The notes below the pieces were generated by a model that searched no databases, had not been told where the DNA came from, and saw only the letters and a list, made by a program, of their open reading frames with translations. From a bacterium (GTDB taxonomy: Bacteria > Patescibacteriota > Minisyncoccia > UBA6257 > HR35): DNA of 64,000 nt. How positions within the stretch are numbered: the first letter of the stretch is position 1; each line of letters begins with the position of its first letter. Location: contig JBEQAR010000004.1 of the NCBI GenBank assembly GCA_041640295.1, forward strand, positions 3,128-67,127. The letters run 5' to 3'. Both the position numbers and the translations under genes were made by a program. This document shows, in pieces, positions 32,111 to 40,062 of this stretch.

Positions 32111-33273
32111 TGGGATTTTTCTTAGGCGACATTGGCGGAAGTAAAACAAGATTGATTTTTCTTGATTCAGAGAAAGATTTAAAAAAGCAAAATTTGAAAA
32201 TTTTTAAAACCCCTCAGAAGTATAAAGAATTTTTGGAATTATTAAGAAATGAGTATGTGGTACGAATTAATAGAAACCACAATAAACTAATACAAACAGA
32301 TAAAAATACTAACAATAATCGCGACTCTATACAAAAAAATAAAGTTCGCATCAATTTGCGTGAAAGTTCGCAATGGTTTGCGGCAAAGAAAACGAGAAAG
32401 ACTGTTTTTGGGTTTGCAGGTATGCTTGATGAAAAGAGAGAAAAATTAATTTATGCTCCGAATTTAAAAGATTTTGAAAATAAAAATTTAAAAAGAGATT
32501 TAGAAAAAATCTTGGAAACAGAAGTTATTTTAGAAAATGATGCTACTTTAGCTGGTTTAGGAGAAGGGAAATACGGAGTAGGTAAAAATTTTGATGTTTT
32601 TGGATATATAACTTTGTCAACAGGAGTAGGAGGCGCAAAAATTGTTAAGACGCGAACTAATACGAACTATAGCGAACTGATGCGAATAGATACTACAACA
32701 CGAACGGATACGAACAATGATAATAACCACGAACCAATACGAACAAATAATAGTTTATATGAGTTCGCGCCTAATGATAATGTTCGCAATAGTTCGCGAG
32801 AAAGTTCGCAATGGTTCGCGGTTGATATAAATAAATTTGGTTTTGAGCCTGGACACTCTTTTTTGTTATTAACGCAGACAGCCGCGGACTTAACGCAGAC
32901 ACTCTTTAACAATGTTCGCGGCAGTTCGCGTATAGTTCGCGGTAGTTGGCGTAAAAACTTATTTGAGATCGAAGAACTGCTTGGTGGAGAAAATATTGAG
33001 AAAACTTTTGGTAAAAAACCTGAAGAGATAAAAGACAAAAAATTTTGGAACTTTTATCATCAAATTCTTTCAATTTTTTTAATCAATGTTTCAATTTTTT
33101 GGTCTGTTGATAAAATAATTTTAGGCGGCGGAATTACAAAAAGTTTAGATTTTAAAAAATTAAATTCTCTAGTGAACAAACTCCACCCCTTGCCGATAAA
33201 AATACAAATAATAAAATCAAAACTCGGTGAAATGAGTGTTTTATATGGAGGATTAGTAAGGAGCGGTATCTAA
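32110..33273 (+). CDS. glk: ROK-family glucokinase carrying two in-frame GC-rich repeat insertions
   Basis: ROK motifs MGFFLGDIGGSKTRL, ENDATLAGLGE, GYITLSTGVGGA, ILGGGI. Two insert segments of about 45 aa and about 100 aa encode low-complexity peptide, including a duplicated RESSQWFA. Confidence 0.7.
   Translation: MGFFLGDIGGSKTRLIFLDSEKDLKKQNLKIFKTPQKYKEFLELLRNEYVVRINRNHNKLIQTDKNTNNNRDSIQKNKVRINLRESSQWFAAKKTRKTVFGFAGMLDEKREKLIYAPNLKDFENKNLKRDLEKILETEVILENDATLAGLGEGKYGVGKNFDVFGYITLSTGVGGAKIVKTRTNTNYSELMRIDTTTRTDTNNDNNHEPIRTNNSLYEFAPNDNVRNSSRESSQWFAVDINKFGFEPGHSFLLLTQTAADLTQTLFNNVRGSSRIVRGSWRKNLFEIEELLGGENIEKTFGKKPEEIKDKKFWNFYHQILSIFLINVSIFWSVDKIILGGGITKSLDFKKLNSLVNKLHPLPIKIQIIKSKLGEMSVLYGGLVRSGI
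32265..32400. repeat. GC-rich GTTCGCR-type repeat element, in-frame insertion 1 in glk
   Basis: Right part has gttcgca, tttgcgt, gttcgca, gtttgcg. Left part has degenerate caaac/aacaa units. Confidence 0.6.
32650..32960. repeat. GC-rich inverted tandem-repeat element, in-frame insertion 2 in glk
   Basis: Left arm is 8 copies of RCGAAC spaced by a ~10-bp period (with two ~18-19-bp lapses). Right arm is 5 copies of GTTCGCR at 10-12 bp spacing (one ~19-bp lapse), then ttaacgcagaca x2, then 3 more GTTCGCG at 10-11 bp. Arms are reverse complements. Confidence 0.75.
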
Positions 33274-33318
33274 TTTACGCTATTTTTAAATTTTCACAAT
33301 TTATTTTATAATTAATCT

Positions 33319-33540
33319 ATGTCAAGAATAATTTTTGACCCAAAGATTTTAAGAGGGAAGCCGATTATTAAAGGAACAAGAATTTCTGTTGATTTAATTT
33401 TGGAACTTTTGGCTAATAATTGGTCAATTGAAGATATTTTAAAACAATATCCCCAACTAAAAAAACAAGACATTCTCGATGCTTTAAAATATTCTGCTAA
33501 GAGAATTAAGAGAGAAGAAACTATTTTAATTTCTAAATGA
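33319..33540 (+). CDS. DUF433 family putative antitoxin
   Basis: 73 aa. FDPKILRGKPIIKGTRISVDLILELL matches the DUF433 signature. 4-nt overlap with downstream ORF. Confidence 0.65.
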   Translation: MSRIIFDPKILRGKPIIKGTRISVDLILELLANNWSIEDILKQYPQLKKQDILDALKYSAKRIKREETILISK

Positions 33541-33857
33541 AATTTCTTTTGGATGAAAATATTCCTTTTGAACTTCAAAATTATTTAGCAAAATATAAAA
33601 TTTCAAGCTCTCATCTTTTAGGTTTGAAACTGAAAGGACTAAGCGATGAGGAAGTTTTCGATTATGCACAGAAAAGAAAATTTATAATAATTACTTTCGA
33701 TAAGGATTTCTTAAATGAGAAATTTTATACCCAATCCCATTACGGAGTAATTTATATTTCACCTAAAATCAAAGATTTAGATAAATTAGCAGAAGCAATT
33801 TTTAAAACGATTAAAAGTTATAAAAGTTTTAAAAACAAAGTTGTTATTATTCAATAA
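33537..33857 (+). CDS. DUF5615 (PIN-like, Mut7-C-type) putative toxin
   Basis: MKFLLDENIP start and acidic PIN-like residues. Canonical partner of DUF433. Confidence 0.6.
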   Translation: MKFLLDENIPFELQNYLAKYKISSSHLLGLKLKGLSDEEVFDYAQKRKFIIITFDKDFLNEKFYTQSHYGVIYISPKIKDLDKLAEAIFKTIKSYKSFKNKVVIIQ

Positions 33858-33926
33858 AGATAAGCTTTGACAAAATTAGAATTTAATATGAGGCTTTTTA
33901 ATAGCCTAAGGGCTAGCGGTTAGTTT

Positions 33927-33998
33927 CGGGCTGTGGTGCAGTGGAAGCACGCTGGCTTCGGGTGCCAGAGGTCGTGGGTTCAAATCCCACCAGCCCGA
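33927..33998 (+). tRNA. tRNA-Pro (anticodon CGG)
   Basis: Manual fold: acceptor CGGGCTG/CAGCCCG (7 bp), D-arm GTGC-AGTGGAA-GCAC, anticodon arm CTGGC-TTCGGGT-GCCAG (anticodon CGG, G37), T-arm GTGGG-TTCAAAT-CCCAC, discriminator A. No encoded CCA. Confidence 0.85.
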
Positions 33999-34021
33999 AA
34001 AGAATATGTTAAAATATCAAA

Positions 34022-34432
34022 ATGACTGCTTTGGCTTTAATTTTTACTTTAGCGGCAATTGGAATTAGTGAAACTGTTTATCTTATTCGCAAAAGAATTG
34101 CTTCGGAAAAACCTGTTTGTATTTTAGGTGAAGATTGTGTAACTGTTTTAACCAGCAAATATAGTCGATTATTTATTATTCCCAATGATGTTTTAGGTTT
34201 TTTAGCGTATATTGTTATTGCAACAATTTCAGCATTTTTAGTAATTGGCGTTGAACCAATTTATTTTTGGAGTCTAATTCTTAAAATTCTAGTCTTTGTC
34301 GCTTCATTAATATCTCTTTTATTTACTTATCTTCAGTGGCGTGTTATTAAAGCTTGGTGTTTTTGGTGTTTAATGTCAGCTTTTACGATTTGGCTAATGG
34401 GTGTTATAATATTAGCAAGCCCAACAATTTGA
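34022..34432 (+). CDS. VKOR (vitamin K epoxide reductase) family disulfide-forming membrane protein
   Basis: 136 aa with several TM helices. Loop Cys pair CILGEDC and TM CxxC (WCFWCL) typical of bacterial VKOR. Confidence 0.55.
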   Translation: MTALALIFTLAAIGISETVYLIRKRIASEKPVCILGEDCVTVLTSKYSRLFIIPNDVLGFLAYIVIATISAFLVIGVEPIYFWSLILKILVFVASLISLLFTYLQWRVIKAWCFWCLMSAFTIWLMGVIILASPTI

Positions 34433-34449
34433 GAATAAAGCTAATAGTT

Positions 34450-35700
34450 TTACAGACCAACTTCGTGGGGAAGGTTATTTAAAATAAACTCCTGTGGTTT
34501 TTCTGTAAAAATAATTCTTTTACCTAAACATTGAGCAAAACCGATTTCTAAGAGAGCCGAAGCTCCTACATATCCATCTGGATCACAAACTATTAAAGCA
34601 TCTGAGTTAGCAATTGAGTTTAAATGATAACGTTCTAATTCTAAAGGAGATAAACCTTCTTCGCCAGTGAAAATAACAAATTCTTCTCCAGGATTTTTAG
34701 GTTCGACAAACCTCGGACTAAGAACTTTTACACCTTTATTTTCTAATTCCTCTTTGATCTTTAAAATATAATCCAAATGTTTTCTAAAGCTTCCGCTCAA
34801 AGTTACATATCTAAATTCTTGTCTAATAACGCCATTTATCAAATTTGAATCAGAAGGAATAATTTTTTCAATATTATACTCTTCGCAGATAGCTTGAGCG
34901 ATTCCTGAAAAAGCTCGAGCTCCATGCATCCATTTAGGGTTATCAGGCATCAATCCTTCTAATTCTTTTAAAGTTATTTTTTCGTATATTTCCTTATTTT
35001 TATTTTTATAATCTTTTAAATCAATTAAGAATGGATGATCTTCGTCTTCAAATAAATAGTTTTTTCTTAATGGATAATTTGCTAATTTCATATAAGTTAA
35101 TTCTCCTCCTGAAAGAAAGGCTATTTTTGGTTTATTCTCTAAAGGAACAAGTTTCTGTTTTACATAACTCACAATCTCTTCTAATTTTATTTTTGAAATC
35201 TCCTCATTAATTTCTGGGAATTCAGTTAAAATTGTACCAACTCCTAATTCTAAATTTTTTCTTTCAATTGCCTCATTACCGTACATTATTACTAGTTCAG
35301 TTGTTCCTCCTCCAATATTAATCAAAAGGATCGGCTCATCAAGGTGACACTTTCCTATTAAAGCTTTTTCTAAATAAAAATTCTCTAAATCTTGAGAAAT
35401 AATATTGAAGTATAAACCTGTTCTTAAGAAGACTTCATCAATGAAGGATACTTTAGTTTGCGGAGATAACTTCCGAAAAATACCTGTAGCATAGATTTTA
35501 ATTGGGATGTTAGGATGTTGGGCTTTAACTGCGTCTAAAAGTTCAAAAAGTTCCTTTTTATTTTCTGGAGATATTCCTCCTTCGGGATCAAAACCTTCTT
35601 TAAAAAAGAGTGAACGCTGCATGTGGAGCTCCAATCTTTGTTTTGAATATTTATAAACCTTTACCGTTGAAGAACCTATATCTAAAAGAATTTTTTCCAT
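34450..35700 (-). CDS. Ppx/GppA-family phosphatase fused to a nucleoside 2-deoxyribosyltransferase-like C-terminal domain
   Basis: N-terminal ASKHA fold LLDIGSSTVKVY...INIGGGTTEL. C-terminal ~110 aa with DPDGYVGASALLEIGFAQCLGKRII resembling the NDT-like Rossmann motif. Confidence 0.5.
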   Translation of the reverse strand: MEKILLDIGSSTVKVYKYSKQRLELHMQRSLFFKEGFDPEGGISPENKKELFELLDAVKAQHPNIPIKIYATGIFRKLSPQTKVSFIDEVFLRTGLYFNIISQDLENFYLEKALIGKCHLDEPILLINIGGGTTELVIMYGNEAIERKNLELGVGTILTEFPEINEEISKIKLEEIVSYVKQKLVPLENKPKIAFLSGGELTYMKLANYPLRKNYLFEDEDHPFLIDLKDYKNKNKEIYEKITLKELEGLMPDNPKWMHGARAFSGIAQAICEEYNIEKIIPSDSNLINGVIRQEFRYVTLSGSFRKHLDYILKIKEELENKGVKVLSPRFVEPKNPGEEFVIFTGEEGLSPLELERYHLNSIANSDALIVCDPDGYVGASALLEIGFAQCLGKRIIFTEKPQEFILNNLPHEVGL

Positions 35701-35888
35701 TTGTTTGTTTTGCGAAAATAGACGACTTTTAATATTTAATTTTAATTTATAATTTAGACCACGATAGACTCCACCTTAAGATGTTCTAAAACTTTTATAA
35801 CATAAAACCCCCTATGTCAAGCTTCTTATATTTGAATATTAGGTTATAACCTCTATAATATAATTAAGTATTTAAATTAAGTATTTAA

Positions 35889-36269
35889 ATGACAAAAGCA
35901 GGGTTTCATATTTTAAGGGTTGGATTAGGGATAACATTTTTGTGGATTGGGGTTTTGATTTTTAAGCAGCCTGAAGCTTGGGGAGGATATTTAAAACCTT
36001 GGGCAGCTGGTCTTTTGCCTGTTCCTCTTTCGCAAGCAATGATAGGCACCGCAATTTTAGATATTGTTATAGGTTTTTTATTTCTTGTCGACACTTTTAC
36101 TTGGTTAGCCTCACTACTTGCAACTATTCATCTTATCATTGTTTTAACTGTTAGTGGTATCACTGATATAACTGTAAGAGATATAGCTATTTTAGCTGGC
36201 GCGATAGCAGTTTTACTTGATTCCTTACCGCAAAAGTTTCTTGACAAATTTAAAATTTTTAAAAAGTAA
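35889..36269 (+). CDS. Hypothetical membrane protein
   Basis: 126 aa. Predicted TM helices. No domain recognised. Confidence 0.4.
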   Translation: MTKAGFHILRVGLGITFLWIGVLIFKQPEAWGGYLKPWAAGLLPVPLSQAMIGTAILDIVIGFLFLVDTFTWLASLLATIHLIIVLTVSGITDITVRDIAILAGAIAVLLDSLPQKFLDKFKIFKK

Positions 36270-36310
36270 AGTATAATTGATACAAGTCGTCATTAACTAA
36301 ATAAAATTCT

Positions 36311-36847
36311 ATGAAAAATAAAATTCCTATAATCACTATAGCCGTCGGTTTAGTTATTATTTTAGGGTTTGCTGGTTATTACTTTTATAAAAAATCTACC
36401 CCTAGCCCAACACCAGAATTTCAAATTTCTCAACCACTTCAACCATCAGAAGAGGTTCAGCCACTACCAGAAGTAACACCTCCAGCTCCAACTGAACCTA
36501 CAGCAACTCCTTCATCCGAAGTTCAACCCCCAACCCAAAATGTTGTTATTTATACTGACTCTGGTTATTCGCCAAGTACTTTAAGAATCAAAGTTGGAGA
36601 AACTGTTACATTCAAAAATCAAAGCTCTCAAGCAATGTGGCCAGCTTCTGCTATGCATCCAAGCCATACAGTCTATAGTGGTACTTCTTTAGATGAACAT
36701 TGTCCTGATACAGCGGGAATAGCTTTTGATGCTTGTACTGGAATTCAACCAGGTAATTCTTGGAATTTTACCTTTAACAAAAAAGGAAGCTGGAAATACC
36801 ACGACCATCTAAATCCTTCATTTACCGGTACAATTATTGTTGAATAA
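36311..36847 (+). CDS. Secreted/membrane-anchored protein with Pro/Thr-rich linker and cupredoxin-like domain
   Basis: N-terminal TM or signal, PT-rich low-complexity linker, then beta-rich domain. TLRIKVGETVTFKNQS resembles the cupredoxin strand 1 pattern. His/Cys residues present but the ligand set is not canonical. Confidence 0.35.
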   Translation: MKNKIPIITIAVGLVIILGFAGYYFYKKSTPSPTPEFQISQPLQPSEEVQPLPEVTPPAPTEPTATPSSEVQPPTQNVVIYTDSGYSPSTLRIKVGETVTFKNQSSQAMWPASAMHPSHTVYSGTSLDEHCPDTAGIAFDACTGIQPGNSWNFTFNKKGSWKYHDHLNPSFTGTIIVE

Positions 36848-36849
36848 CA

Positions 36850-37719
36850 ATGAAGAAAATTATTTTTACTTTATCCCTTCTCTTTTTATTTAATTATCTT
36901 AATCAATTTACTTTTGCACAAGAAATCAATCTATCTCGTGATTTATATCTTGGTTTAAAAGGAAAAGATATAGAATTTTTGCAACAATTTTTAGCTAATG
37001 AAGGTGTTTATCCAGAAAAATATATCACTGGTTACTTTGGTCCTTTAACTAAAAAAGCAGTTATTAGATTTCAACAAAAATACAATATCTTTCCTCAACT
37101 TGGTTATGTTGGTCCCAAAACAAGAGCAAAGATTAACGAATTAATTTTACAAACAAAGTCAACAAAATCTTGTCCGACTATCGCACTTGATACCTCTAAA
37201 GGCAAAGAAGAATGTTTAAAATCAGCTGAATATCTTAATAAGATATATCCTGGATGTAATTATGCAAAAATATGTGAAGCAACTTCTTACCAAAAACCAT
37301 TTTTAGATTGTGGTCCAGCTCCAGGAGCGCCAGGAACTTGGAGATGTATTGATGGTATTTGGAAAAATATTAGTCAATGTGGAAAAATTCAATGTATCAG
37401 ATACGATCCAGTTTGTGGTACTGATGGTAGAACTTACGCTTGCGGAGAAGCTGATGCTGAATCTTGCGGTGTAGAAGTAGCTTACAAAGGAGAATGCAAA
37501 AAACAAGAATATCCAGCTCCGCCTCTTCCTAAGGAACGACCAGCAACATCATCAAAAAGTGTTCCAGCTCAAAGATTGCCTCAACCAATTTTCTGCACTC
37601 AAGAATGGAATCCAGTTTGTGGAGTAGATAATAAAACCTATTCTAATGAATGTATGGCAAGAGCAGCTGGCGTTGAAGTTAAATATAAAGGTGAGTGTCA
37701 ATCGACAATGAGTCGTTGA
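36850..37719 (+). CDS. Secreted protein with peptidoglycan-binding domain and two Kazal-type inhibitor domains
   Basis: Signal peptide. PG_binding_1-like LKGKDIEFLQQFL...GYFGPLTKKAVIRFQ. Two Kazal signatures, C-x(5)-PVCGTDGRTYA-C...C and C-x(5)-PVCGVDNKTYSNEC...C. Confidence 0.65.
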   Translation: MKKIIFTLSLLFLFNYLNQFTFAQEINLSRDLYLGLKGKDIEFLQQFLANEGVYPEKYITGYFGPLTKKAVIRFQQKYNIFPQLGYVGPKTRAKINELILQTKSTKSCPTIALDTSKGKEECLKSAEYLNKIYPGCNYAKICEATSYQKPFLDCGPAPGAPGTWRCIDGIWKNISQCGKIQCIRYDPVCGTDGRTYACGEADAESCGVEVAYKGECKKQEYPAPPLPKERPATSSKSVPAQRLPQPIFCTQEWNPVCGVDNKTYSNECMARAAGVEVKYKGECQSTMSR

Positions 37720-37736
37720 TTTTAAATATTTTATAA

Positions 37737-38180
37737 ATGGAAACAAAAACACATTATCCTTTAATCAGAACAATTTATCTTTATATTTTTGCTCTTTTGG
37801 GTTTGGTTCTTCTAATTGTTGGCAGCGTACGGTTTTTGGATATGGCTCTTAGGGCCTTTGTTTTTACTGCGGCTGAAAAAGAGGAAAGATTATGGAGTAA
37901 ACAACCTCCATTTCCGCCAATAGAAATAGCAAAGATTGGCAGAGTCGAAGGCGAAAAATTGTCTCCCAAAGAAGAAGTTAATCTTTCTAATGAAGAAAAA
38001 GCAATAATTGATAACTGGATTATTCAGTATAATAATTGGCGTGAAGAACGAGCTAAGATTGACCCGGTAACTTCAAGAAGACATCGAGAAGCATCTTTAA
38101 ATTTAGCTTTTATTCTAATAGGGTTGCCCTTATATCTCTATCACTGGTCTATAATCAGAAGAGAAACAAAAAAACAATAA
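37737..38180 (+). CDS. Hypothetical membrane protein
   Basis: 147 aa, two predicted TM helices. No domain recognised. Confidence 0.35.
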   Translation: METKTHYPLIRTIYLYIFALLGLVLLIVGSVRFLDMALRAFVFTAAEKEERLWSKQPPFPPIEIAKIGRVEGEKLSPKEEVNLSNEEKAIIDNWIIQYNNWREERAKIDPVTSRRHREASLNLAFILIGLPLYLYHWSIIRRETKKQ

Positions 38181-38355
38181 ATAATTTATAAAAATTGTCG
38201 CTTATTCTTATAAAAATTTATTAAAGAAGCTATTATTTTTCATAATTAATTTTTAGAAATAACATAAAAAACAAAATAATCTTAAATAAAAACTTGAGGA
38301 GTTAATTAAAAAGAAAGTGGTTTCAAAAATAAAGCTAAAAATTTATTAGCAAGTT

Positions 38356-38577
38356 ATGTTAATAAAAGTAAAAGTTTTCCCAAATTCAAAAGAAGAGATA
38401 ATAATTAAAAAATCTGAAGATAGTTTTGATGTTAAAATAAAAGAAAAATCTGAAAGAGGATTAGCTAATAAAGCAGTTATCAAAATTTTATCTTCTTATT
38501 TTAAGATTCCAATATCACAGATAAAATTAATTAAAGGCGCAAAACAAAGAAATAAAATTTTTGAGATAAAAATTTAA
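38356..38577 (+). CDS. DUF167 (YggU/UPF0235) family protein
   Basis: 73 aa. VKVFPNSKEEII...GLANKAVIKIL...IKLIKGAKQRNKIFEI matches DUF167 conservation. Confidence 0.5.
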   Translation: MLIKVKVFPNSKEEIIIKKSEDSFDVKIKEKSERGLANKAVIKILSSYFKIPISQIKLIKGAKQRNKIFEIKI

Positions 38578-38584
38578 TAATACT

Positions 38585-39310
38585 ATGAAACTTTATATCG
38601 TAGCAACGCCGATTGGGAATTTAAAAGATATAACCTTAAGAGCTTTGGAGGTTTTAAAATCTGTTAATTATATTGTTTGCGAAGATACAAGAAGAACAAA
38701 AAAATTATTAGATCATTATGGAATTAAAAATAAAAAATTAATTTCTTATTTTGCACCCCGAGAAGAAGAGAAGATTCCTTTGATTTTAAAAATTTTAGAA
38801 AAAGAAAATGTTGCCTTAGTTGTTGATGCGGGAATGCCGGGAATTTCTGATCCTGGTTATAAATTAATTAAGGCTTGTTTAGAGAAAACGCGGATTTACG
38901 CGGATATGACGAAAGATAATCAGCGTCTATCAGCGTCGAATCAGCGTGAATCAGCGTTAATAGAAATAGAGGTTTTACCGGGACCATCAGCATTTTTAAC
39001 TGCTCTTATTGGTTCAGGACTGCCAACTGATAAATTTTTATTTTTAGGATTTCTACCGAAAAAGGGATTAGAAAATTATTTAAGTAAATTTGAAAATTTA
39101 GAAGCAACAATAATTTTCTATGAATCGCCCCAAAGAATTCCAAAAACTTTAGATGTTATTGAAAAAGTTTTTGGAAATGTTGATATTGTTATTGCCCGCG
39201 AAATCTCGAAAATTTATGAGGAATATATAAGAGGAAAATTAAGCGAAATCAAAGAAAAATTAAAAAACAAAAAATTAAAAGGAGAACTAACTGTTATTTT
39301 TAGAAAATAG
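38585..39310 (+). CDS. rsmI: 16S rRNA (cytidine1402-2'-O)-methyltransferase with in-frame repeat insertion
   Basis: MKLYIVATPIGNLKDITLRALEVL...VCEDTRRT and PGISDPGYKLI motifs. About 24 extra aa (RIYADMTKDNQRLSASNQRESALIEI) sit between the KACLEKT and EVLPGPSAF blocks that are contiguous in E. coli RsmI. Confidence 0.85.
   Translation: MKLYIVATPIGNLKDITLRALEVLKSVNYIVCEDTRRTKKLLDHYGIKNKKLISYFAPREEEKIPLILKILEKENVALVVDAGMPGISDPGYKLIKACLEKTRIYADMTKDNQRLSASNQRESALIEIEVLPGPSAFLTALIGSGLPTDKFLFLGFLPKKGLENYLSKFENLEATIIFYESPQRIPKTLDVIEKVFGNVDIVIAREISKIYEEYIRGKLSEIKEKLKNKKLKGELTVIFRK
38885..38962. repeat. GC-rich inverted tandem-repeat element (ATCAGCGT type), in-frame in rsmI
   Basis: Left arm ACGCGGAT x2. 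Right arm ATCAGCGT x4 at 10-11 bp period. Arms are near reverse complements (ATCCGCGT vs ATCAGCGT). Confidence 0.7.
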
Positions 39311-39328
39311 TGATAATGTTATCGTGTT

Positions 39329-40039
39329 TTATTTAGAATTAATCTTTTGGCAAATTTTTATGAAATTTTTAGGAATTAAACTTTGGGAACCTATTAAAAA
39401 TCCTAATAAAGGTAAATTAAGGTAATTTTCAATAGTTTCCAAAAAAACTGACCCGCCATAAATTACTCTATTTTCGATATTCCAATTTTTAACAAATTGA
39501 ATAAATTCCGAAACAATTTCTTTAGGAACTGATCCTTGGCGGTAAGTACTAATTGCCCAAGTAGGTTCATAGGCAATCAAAATATTTTTGTTTTTTAAAT
39601 CAATATTCTTAAATAAAATTTTAAATTGTTTTTGCCATTCAGTTTTTAGCTTGCTTAAATTAGTTATTTGCTTTTCTTCACCTAAACATACTACCGCCTT
39701 TAAATTGTTTTTTAATACAATATCAATTTTTTTATTCGCTATTTCTAAATTTTCGCCCAACTTTCTTCTTTCTGAATGATTAATAATAACAAAACGAGCG
39801 CCTATATTTTTAATCATCTTGACAGAAATCTCACCAGTATAAGCACCCTTCTCTTCGAAATAAATATTTTGAGCTCCAAAAATACAATTTTTAAATTTAT
39901 CAATTAGTGGTTTTAAAAAAATCGCTGGCGGAGCAATCCAAATATTTATTTTTTTTATTTTTTGATATTTTTTTACCAATCTAAAAGCTTCATTCAAAGT
40001 CAAAGGATTCATTTTCCAGTTGGCAATAACTAATTTCAT
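39329..40039 (-). CDS. tpiA: Triosephosphate isomerase
   Basis: MKLVIANWKMN start and AYEPTWAI region. 236 aa. Confidence 0.85.
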   Translation of the reverse strand: MKLVIANWKMNPLTLNEAFRLVKKYQKIKKINIWIAPPAIFLKPLIDKFKNCIFGAQNIYFEEKGAYTGEISVKMIKNIGARFVIINHSERRKLGENLEIANKKIDIVLKNNLKAVVCLGEEKQITNLSKLKTEWQKQFKILFKNIDLKNKNILIAYEPTWAISTYRQGSVPKEIVSEFIQFVKNWNIENRVIYGGSVFLETIENYLNLPLLGFLIGSQSLIPKNFIKICQKINSK

Positions 40040-40062
40040 TCTTTTTATAATATTTTACCAGT

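Noticed and set aside
32265-32960. GC-rich inserts as inteins or group I/II introns
   Set aside because: They are too short, have no intein splicing motifs (no Cys/Ser...HN), and no intron catalytic core. Their architecture is repeat-based, not structured RNA.
32667-33038. 123-aa minus-strand ORF inside glk
   Set aside because: It coincides exactly with the stop-poor GC-rich repeat insertion and is antisense to glk.
33312-33578. 88-aa minus-strand ORF over the DUF433/DUF5615 pair
   Set aside because: Antisense to a recognisable TA pair.
33867-33926. Perfect TTGACA hexamer upstream of tRNA-Pro as a promoter
   Set aside because: No acceptable -10 element at 16-18 nt spacing (best candidates at 11-14 nt), so it is not called.
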